From NCBI GenBank assembly GCA_037133055.1, contig JBAXOY010000024.1:1-29874 (forward strand): a stretch of DNA of 29,874 nt, written 5' to 3'. This document shows, piece by piece, positions 23,517-29,874 of this stretch. The stretch is from Chlamydiota bacterium (lineage in GTDB: Bacteria; Auribacterota; Tritonobacteria; UBA1439). The stretch's first letter is position 1. Every line of letters begins with the position of its first letter. The notes under the pieces were generated by a model, which searched no databases, had not been told where the DNA came from, and was given only the letters and a program-made list of their open reading frames with translations. A program made the translations under genes and the position numbers.

Positions 23517-25472
23517 TCATGCCTTTTTCGCCTTTTTGAAAATAACCAGCTCGATGACCATCTCGCCGTAGGCCTGGGCGGAAGAGACATCGGTGCGTCC
23601 ATAGGTGCGCTGGCCATCAAAAAAACAGTACGCTGAGGCGGGCCCCTCTCTCGCAATTGAAAGCTCCAGTTTCAGGGAGTCGCCCTGACGCAGCCGGATC
23701 CTCAACGGCTCGCTCTGTTCCGGGGGAAGCGGATATTCGATCCACTTCAGCCCCGGCTCAACCCTGATCCTGCAATGTTCCGCTGAACCGCTCCGCACGG
23801 CGATCAGGCAGCTCCGCTGGCTGAAGATGGGAAGCCGGACAGCGAGCGGTCCCTCTGCCAGAATACGACTCCCCGGGGCGAGGAGCTTGCGCACCCTCAA
23901 CGCCGGTTCTCCCGCGGGGAGCTCCACCGACTGCCAGCCGCCGAAGGGAAACGGCCCGCTGTCTTTGAGGGTGTAACGGTCGAGCAGCTCGACGCAGACA
24001 CCGTGGGGCCGGACATAACGCACTACCGCCGCCTCGCACCCGTAGCGATATGCGTCATAGCCGAATCCCACAAAGGCGACACAGGACATGAACATAATCA
24101 CGGCGCGAAGAAACGCCCGTTCCCTTTCGTGCTCGTGTTCTTTCACAGCGCGAACGAATCGCCGTACAATTACCGCGATGCCATAGCCCCCAAAGCCGCA
24201 AATGACCGGTAGAACGACAACGCGGTAGCGCGCCATTATCAGAAAAAAGAGCGACGTCATGCAATACAGCCAAAGCACCGCTTCGGCAAAAATGATGCCC
24301 GGTTTGCGATACGCCTGACGCAACGCAAGAAGCGCTCCGGCAAGCCCGAGGCCGCCGATGAGAGGAAAATCGAGCAAGAAGGGCATGTGCAGGAGGGGCG
24401 ATGGCACCGGCTCCAGACGCCCGGTTCGATGGTTCCAGTTCCTGATGGCGACGTTGTTGGGGATTTCCATCTTGTTCCAGAAGAGAAGCAACATACGGAA
24501 CTTGAGCTCCAGAAAGGCAAGGGGTTCGGCAATGAACCACCTCTGTATGCTTATGGAGATAGGGACGCGCCGGGAATTGGGGAGGGCATCGAGCCGTGTC
24601 CACTCCTCGTAGCACGGCGTGTACTCCATGGGCCCTGCCCCTGCCTCGGGATCCCTGCATCCCGGGGGCGACTCCGGCGTGTTTGCCAGAGCGAGGTTTC
24701 GTGAGGTCGATGTTACGGCTCCAACCCAGCGGCCTGCGCATCTATAGTTCACCACAGCGAATGGCAACTGCGGCAGGTAGGTGCAGAGGATGCAGAGGAG
24801 CACCCCCGTCGACATCTTTACCTTTTCATGCCTGAATTGCCACGCGACCATGGCGAGGACGGGCAACAGAAGAGTGACCATGCTGCCGCGGATCGTTACC
24901 GAAATGCCGAGTACAAGGCCGTCGAGCACCCATGGCCAGAGCCGTTTCCGATGATACGCCGCCACCCCGAGGTAAAGAAAGAGCGTGAGCCAGAAACTGA
25001 GCAGGATCTCGATCAGTGTGAATGGAGTGTAAAAAATGTGGAAGCGCGAAAGCGCGAGCAGCGCAGCGCCTGCGAGGCCCGCCGCACGCCCGAAGAGCCG
25101 CGCAGCACTCATGCCAATCAGGTACACACAGAGTGCTCCGAGCACGGATTGCACTAGTATCACCCCCGCGGGATCGGCGCCCAGAATCGCGTAGATCGCG
25201 GGGAGAAAAATTACGTAGTAGAAAGGCTGGTAGTAGAACCCCTGGCCGTACTTATAGCTCCCGTTGAGAACCTGCATGGCAAGCATCTGATAGACATGCA
25301 TATCTGTGGCCTGGCTCGGGCGGGCCACCTGCGGATAGGAATTTCGGAGCTGGCGACTTACTCCCACACGCAAGAGCAGGGAGACTGCCACAATTGCGAT
25401 CAGGAGAGGGGTAAACCCCTTTCGCAGTACGCGTGCCCTCCCGGTTTTTCTTCGATCGCTTGATTGCATCAT
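23517..25472 (-). CDS. ArnT/PMT-like (GT39/GT83-type) GT-C glycosyltransferase
   Basis: TDMHVYQMLA, FYYQPFY, multiple TMs, GLVLGISVTIRG, RYRVVVLPVI; C-terminal soluble domain. Confidence 0.82.
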   Translation of the reverse strand: MMQSSDRRKTGRARVLRKGFTPLLIAIVAVSLLLRVGVSRQLRNSYPQVARPSQATDMHVYQMLAMQVLNGSYKYGQGFYYQPFYYVIFLPAIYAILGADPAGVILVQSVLGALCVYLIGMSAARLFGRAAGLAGAALLALSRFHIFYTPFTLIEILLSFWLTLFLYLGVAAYHRKRLWPWVLDGLVLGISVTIRGSMVTLLLPVLAMVAWQFRHEKVKMSTGVLLCILCTYLPQLPFAVVNYRCAGRWVGAVTSTSRNLALANTPESPPGCRDPEAGAGPMEYTPCYEEWTRLDALPNSRRVPISISIQRWFIAEPLAFLELKFRMLLLFWNKMEIPNNVAIRNWNHRTGRLEPVPSPLLHMPFLLDFPLIGGLGLAGALLALRQAYRKPGIIFAEAVLWLYCMTSLFFLIMARYRVVVLPVICGFGGYGIAVIVRRFVRAVKEHEHERERAFLRAVIMFMSCVAFVGFGYDAYRYGCEAAVVRYVRPHGVCVELLDRYTLKDSGPFPFGGWQSVELPAGEPALRVRKLLAPGSRILAEGPLAVRLPIFSQRSCLIAVRSGSAEHCRIRVEPGLKWIEYPLPPEQSEPLRIRLRQGDSLKLELSIAREGPASAYCFFDGQRTYGRTDVSSAQAYGEMVIELVIFKKAKKA

Positions 25473-25584
25473 AGGAAATCAGGCGGTTACCACGTCGCGC
25501 TGGTTATCATGTGCGAGTGCGAGAGTAAATCTAACTTTCCCGACTTTTAATGATTTGTGTGATTCGGCCCTCTGTCAATAGGAT

Positions 25585-25830
25585 TTTACCACAATGAAGG
25601 AGACGGAGATATTGAGAGAGCAAAGGCACCCGGAAAGCAAAGGTACCGGAGAAAACGGTAAGGAGACTTTGGACGCGGATGAACGCGGATTCTCAGGATA
25701 GGGAGGATACAACAGAGCGAATAGCGAATGGGACGCAGATGAGCGCAGATTACGGCTTGAATCGCTTGAACGGTTTGAACTGTTTGAACCGCTTGAACAT
25801 CTGTTTGTCACCCTCCACCCCGAACCCTGA
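25585..25830 (+). repeat. Modular periodic-repeat array (C-like, A, H, A, B, G)
   Basis: GGACGCGGATGAACGCGGAT, AGCGAATAGCGAAT heptamers, TTGAA 9-mers x5, ATCTGTTTGTCACC junction, CACCCCGAACCCTG. Confidence 0.88.
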
Positions 25831-25870
25831 AAACTATCCTGTGCATCCCAGAGCTGATATAATCCCCCCC

Positions 25871-28168
25871 ATGAACGAAAGCCGATTCAACGCATGGAGA
25901 TCGCGGGTGCTTCTCATTTTTATCTTCCTCGTGCCGCTCTTCTACCTCGATCCCTATATCTTCGGCATCTTTTTTCCCGACCCGTTCAATCTGCCCAAGC
26001 GCTACCTCGTCGAGCTGGCCTCCCTCATCCTCCTGAGCCTCTTCGTTCTCGATCTCTCGACGGGAAGTGAACTGCGCATTCCCGTGAGGGGCGCCGCGAT
26101 CCCTTGGCTTCTCTTCTGCGCCTGGATGTGCGTGTCGCTCGCCTGGGCGCCGGGCCTCCACGATGCGTGGCAGGAGGTCATCCGTTGGGCCTGCTACGGG
26201 ATCATCTTTATATCCGCCGCGGAATCGCTGTCCTCCCCCGTCCGCGCGCGCGGCGTTGCGCGGTGCGTCCTCGCGTCCGCCTCGATCGTCTCCGCCATCG
26301 CGATCGCGCAGTTCTACGGCCTTGATCATCCCGCCTTCAGCGGCCAGGTGTTCCGGGTGTATTCCACGCTCGGCAACCCGAACTACATCGCCTCCTTCCT
26401 TGCCGTCACACTCCCCCTCGCCTACTGGGGGTGGCTCTGTCCCGGCACGGGGAGGGCAAGAGGGCACTTACGGTGGATGTTTTCACCCCCCACCCTGAAC
26501 CTCCCCCTCAAGGGGGGAGGGGAGTTAAAGGAGAGTCCCCTCAAGGGGGGAGGGCGAAAAGGGTACGAGCCCGCAATACATGAGACCGTACCGGGGAGGA
26601 GGGACACGATATGCCTCGTCGTCTCTCTCATCGGCACGGCCGCCCTCATGCTCACAGGGTCACGGGCCGGTGTCGCCGCGCTCTGCGTGGGCACGCTCGC
26701 GGGCCTCGCGTCCTCCCGCGCGAAGATCGCGCCGCGCCGCCTTGCGTGTTTGGCTCCCGCCGCCGCCGCGCTGGCGATCCTCCTCGCCCTCCCCTCCCCG
26801 ATCAACCGCTATGACACCGTGGCGATCAGGAAACTTTCCGAGCTGTCGGGCGCGCCGCGCGGCGGCGCCGGTTGGCGCATGATGGTGTGGGAAATCGGGC
26901 TCCGCATGGCCGCCGAGCGGCCTCTCCTGGGCTCCGGGGCAGGCTCGTTCAAGCTCCTCTATCTTCCACACCAGGCCGAATTCCTCAGCGAGACGGGCCA
27001 CGCCGGAGCCATTTCACTCGCCGAGGGCGGGATAGATTTTGCGCACAACGACTACCTCGAGATCCTGATCGAGACCGGGGCCGTGGGCCTCGCGCTCTTC
27101 CTCTGGGTGCTCCTGGCAATGGTGCGGCCGCTGAGGAAAGAGCAGATCAAGTCCCAAATCCCAAATCCCAAATCCCAAGCATTGGATATCGAATCTCAGC
27201 CCGCAATGAAGGCGGGCAAATCCCAAATCCCAAATCCAAAATCCCAAGCATTGGATATCGGCTGGATCCGCGCGGGCGCATACGCGGGCTGCGTCTCGAT
27301 GCTCGCGGACGCGATGGTCGGCTTCCCGTTCCGGCTATGGGCCCCCGCGGCGGTCTTCTTCGCGCTCTCCGGCTCACTTGGGGCAGGCGCCGTGTCCCCG
27401 CTCATTTTTCGAATAAAGGGCCCCATCGGGCGGATCGTCGCCGGCGTCGCGCTGGCGCCCGTCGCGCTCATCTCCCTCGGCTTCATCCTCTTTTCCCTTC
27501 TCGCGGAGATTCACTACGCGCGGGGCTTCAATCTCTTCCAGTACGGCGAGACCACACGGGCGTATGATGAGTTCACACTGGCGGCGTGGTGGCAACCCCA
27601 CCACGGGCGCGCGCGGTTCTTCCGGGGGCTTTGCCTCTCCGCGCGCGCGGAGTACGGAGACGCGCTCGACGAAATACGCGAGGCGCGACGCACCTACGCG
27701 CGCCAGGCGTTCCAGGTCCAGGAGGGGCGACTTCTCGGAAAATTGGGGCGCAGGAAGGAAGCCGTGCGGGAGCTCGATCTCGCACGCGCCATCGTCCCCC
27801 GCGACCCCGACGCGTGGGTGGAGAAGGGCGCGGTGCTGTTTGCGGGCGGCGACGCGCAGGGCGCGGCCGAGTGTTACCGCAGGGCCCTCTCGCTCAAACC
27901 CGACTCGCTCACGGCGGCCCGCAACCTGGCCGTGTCATACGACGCGCTCGGGAGGACAGATGTGGCCCTTCGGCTTTACACACGGGCGATGGAGATCGGG
28001 CCTGCCGACGCCGACGTGTACCTCAACGCGGGGACGCTGTGTGCCCAAAAGGGGGATACACGGCGCGCGCGGGAGCTCTGGGAAAAGGCGCTCGTGATAG
28101 ACCCGGGGAACACGCGCGCACGACTGAACCTGGAGAAGCTGGATAAATCCCCCCCGGCAAAGCGGTGA
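25871..28168 (+). CDS. O-antigen ligase (Wzy_C)/PglL-like oligosaccharyltransferase with TPRs
   Basis: YSTLGNPNYIA, LTGSRAG, WRMMVW, RPLLGSGAGSF, FAHNDYLEILIETG, C-terminal TPRs. The true start is probably ATG 25871; the upstream ORF extension is repeat read-through. Confidence 0.88.
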   Translation: MNESRFNAWRSRVLLIFIFLVPLFYLDPYIFGIFFPDPFNLPKRYLVELASLILLSLFVLDLSTGSELRIPVRGAAIPWLLFCAWMCVSLAWAPGLHDAWQEVIRWACYGIIFISAAESLSSPVRARGVARCVLASASIVSAIAIAQFYGLDHPAFSGQVFRVYSTLGNPNYIASFLAVTLPLAYWGWLCPGTGRARGHLRWMFSPPTLNLPLKGGGELKESPLKGGGRKGYEPAIHETVPGRRDTICLVVSLIGTAALMLTGSRAGVAALCVGTLAGLASSRAKIAPRRLACLAPAAAALAILLALPSPINRYDTVAIRKLSELSGAPRGGAGWRMMVWEIGLRMAAERPLLGSGAGSFKLLYLPHQAEFLSETGHAGAISLAEGGIDFAHNDYLEILIETGAVGLALFLWVLLAMVRPLRKEQIKSQIPNPKSQALDIESQPAMKAGKSQIPNPKSQALDIGWIRAGAYAGCVSMLADAMVGFPFRLWAPAAVFFALSGSLGAGAVSPLIFRIKGPIGRIVAGVALAPVALISLGFILFSLLAEIHYARGFNLFQYGETTRAYDEFTLAAWWQPHHGRARFFRGLCLSARAEYGDALDEIREARRTYARQAFQVQEGRLLGKLGRRKEAVRELDLARAIVPRDPDAWVEKGAVLFAGGDAQGAAECYRRALSLKPDSLTAARNLAVSYDALGRTDVALRLYTRAMEIGPADADVYLNAGTLCAQKGDTRRARELWEKALVIDPGNTRARLNLEKLDKSPPAKR
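26480..26572 (+). repeat. C/G hairpin repeat in frame in the ligase gene
   Basis: Copy of 13140-13200 with a duplicated CCCCTCAAGGGGGGAGGG; encodes FSPPTLNLPLKGGGELKESPLKGGGRKGYEP. Confidence 0.85.
27148..27260 (+). repeat. AAATCCC heptamer array duplicated at 69-bp spacing, in frame
   Basis: KSQIPNPKSQALDI x2, separated by the hairpin GCCCGC-AATGAAG-GCGGGC. Confidence 0.9.
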
Positions 28169-28177
28169 AAGAAGAGG

Positions 28178-28284
28178 AACCGCTAATGGACGCTAATGAA
28201 CGCGAATTGATTGAAGAGTTATTCGCGTCTATTGGCGTGCATTCGCGGTTGAAATCAAGAGGCGACGAGGGCCCGTCGCCCTCC
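28178..28284. repeat. Inverted 10-nt-periodic arms plus a REP-like hairpin between convergent genes
   Basis: AACCGCTAATGGACGCTAATGAACGCGAAT-N13-ATTCGCGTCTATTGGCGTGCATTCGCGGTT; then GGCGACGAGGGCCCGTCGCCCTCC (28261-28284). Confidence 0.8.
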
Positions 28285-28323
28285 AATCGTGTTCCGGCCA
28301 CGATAGCCTAATGGATGCTCTGA

Positions 28324-29676
28324 TCAAGTCGCCCGAGACCGGTCCATCTTCCGGTACAGCGTGGCCAGGTCGATGCCCATCAGCTTCGCGGCGGCCCTCT
28401 TGTCGCCGTTCGTCTCCTTGAGCACCTTCCGGATGTGCGCGCGCTCCTTCTCCTGGACGAACTCCTTGAGGTTCTTGGTCTGGCTGATCTCGAGGGCCTC
28501 ATCGGTCATCAGGATCTTCTCCGGCAGATGCTCCTGCATCACGAGGCCCCCGTCGCTCAGGGCGATGATGCGCTCGATCACGTTCTCGAGTTCCCGCACG
28601 TTCCCGGGCCAGTCGTAGCTCATGAGGAGGTTCAACACCTCGGTGCTCATCTTCATGTCGACCCCCCCCTCCCGCTTTGCCAGGGCCTTGCGCATGAAAT
28701 GCTCGACCAGCAGGGGAATGTCCTCCCGCCGCTCACGGAGAGGAGGGAGATCGATCGGGATCACGCTCAGGCGGTAGTAGAGGTCCTCGCGAAACGTCCC
28801 CCGGGTGATCATCTCTTCCAGGCGCTCGTTCGAGGCCGCGATCACCCTGACGTCCACCTTGAGGTTTTTCGTCGCGCCCACGGGCTTGACCTCGCGCTCC
28901 TGGAGGACGCGCAGGAGGCTCGCCTGGATCGCAGGGCTCGTCGTGTCGACCTCATCGAGGAAGATGGTGCCGCCGTCCGCGGCCTTGAAGAGGCCGTCCT
29001 TGTTGGCGATCGCCCCGGTGAACGACCCCTTCACGTGCCCGAAGAGCTCCGATTCGAGGAGCGACTCCGGAATCGCTCCGCAGCTCACCGCCACGAACGG
29101 CTTGTCGCGCCGGGAGCTGTTGAAGTGGAGGGCGCGGGCGACAAGCTCTTTCCCCGTCCCGCTCTCGCCGTAGATGAGGACGGTGCTGTCGGTGACCGCC
29201 ACCTTCTCCATCGTGCGGAACATCTTCTGGATCGGCTCGCTCGACCCCACGATGTTGTCGAAGCGGTAGATCTCCGCGAGTTCGCGCTTCAGGGTGACGT
29301 TCTCGCGCATGAGATTCCGGTGCGCGAGGGCGCGCCTGAGCGTCAGCCGGACCTCTTCCATGTGGAACGGCTTGATGAGATAGTCGTAGGCCCCTTTCTT
29401 CATCGCCTCGACAGCCGTCTCGACCGAGCCGAAGGCCGTGATCATGATCACCACGATATCCCGGTCGCGGTTCTTCGCCTCCGTCAGGACATCGATGCCG
29501 TCGACCGGCGACATCTTGAGGTCGGTGATGACGGCGTCCACCTCTTCCTCGCGGATGATGCGGACCGCCTCCTCGGCCTGCCGGGTGATCAGCACCTCGT
29601 ACCCCTCGCGCGCCAGGCCGGCCTGAATTACATCGAGGATGCTCTGCTCGTCGTCGACCACCAGAATCTTCGCCAT
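28324..29676 (-). CDS. sigma54-dependent response regulator (NtrC/PilR/AtoC family)
   Basis: REC (ILVVDDE, ITDLKM, MITAFGS, KPF), AAA+ (GESGTGKE, ESELFGHVKGSFTGA, FLDEV, FREDLYYRL, WPGNVRELEN), Fis HTH; ATG 29676 follows GAGGTG. Confidence 0.95.
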   Translation of the reverse strand: MAKILVVDDEQSILDVIQAGLAREGYEVLITRQAEEAVRIIREEEVDAVITDLKMSPVDGIDVLTEAKNRDRDIVVIMITAFGSVETAVEAMKKGAYDYLIKPFHMEEVRLTLRRALAHRNLMRENVTLKRELAEIYRFDNIVGSSEPIQKMFRTMEKVAVTDSTVLIYGESGTGKELVARALHFNSSRRDKPFVAVSCGAIPESLLESELFGHVKGSFTGAIANKDGLFKAADGGTIFLDEVDTTSPAIQASLLRVLQEREVKPVGATKNLKVDVRVIAASNERLEEMITRGTFREDLYYRLSVIPIDLPPLRERREDIPLLVEHFMRKALAKREGGVDMKMSTEVLNLLMSYDWPGNVRELENVIERIIALSDGGLVMQEHLPEKILMTDEALEISQTKNLKEFVQEKERAHIRKVLKETNGDKRAAAKLMGIDLATLYRKMDRSRAT

Positions 29677-29731
29677 CGAATGCACCTCACGCGCCTGCTA
29701 TTCCGAAATTCTTTAACGCTTTGAAGTCGGC

Positions 29732-29840
29732 ACGCAGATGAACGCGGATCGTCAGGATGAACGCAGATACAGACTGCCGTTTCTGGTTTCTGTTAAAAGA
29801 AAAAAGAATGTTCCGCTGTAATCTGCGTTCATCTGCGTCC
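29732..29840. repeat. Module-A arms in inverted orientation
   Basis: ACGCAGATGAACGCGGAT..GATGAACGCAGAT (29732-29768) and ATCTGCGTTCATCTGCGTCC (29821-29840) flank about 50 nt of non-coding spacer. Confidence 0.85.
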
Positions 29841-29874
29841 AAAACACCGCTTAATTTTTAGCTGCTTTTTCTCT

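Noticed and set aside
18125..25830. Intergenic repeats as a CRISPR array
   Set aside because: No constant repeat with unique, uniform-length spacers; the modules are internally periodic; no cas genes.
25679..25870. N-terminal extension of the ligase ORF and small repeat-derived ORFs (18203..18475, 23351..23539, 22245..22547)
   Set aside because: Translations such as LNRLNGLNCLN are read-through of non-coding repeat modules.

Overview
GC-rich bacterial DNA. The lineage is not provable from sequence; the repeat types and PT-linker proteins suggest a PVC-like or candidate-phylum organism. The core is a type IV pilus/secretin locus: minus-strand pilM-pilN-pilO-pilP-like-pilQ, then a 493-aa secreted protein, a 2994-aa beta-helix/IPT-TIG surface protein and a 177-aa secreted protein, all three ending in the same unnamed C-terminal domain (CTD). 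On the other side are a TMTC-like GT-C/TPR protein, a sigma54-driven type IV pilin, an ArnT/PMT-like GT-C glycosyltransferase, an O-antigen-ligase/PglL-like TPR protein and a PilR/NtrC-like regulator. The window starts inside a sigma54-driven ComEC-like metallo-beta-lactamase gene that the ORF track misses. Unusual structure: (1) 1.25-3.27 kb is an integrase-less array of attC-like sites with toxin-antitoxin cassettes, two with toxins destroyed by deletion, interleaved with decayed copies of the CTD. (2) A 196-bp MITE-like element with 12-bp TIRs and an 8-bp TSD carries a collapsed four-helix-bundle gene between inverted heptamer arrays. (3) Most intergenic gaps from 18 to 30 kb are combinatorial arrays of 7-9-nt-periodic repeat modules, and similar repeats sit in frame inside two glycosylation genes. 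All calls are by-eye motif recognition; no searches were run.
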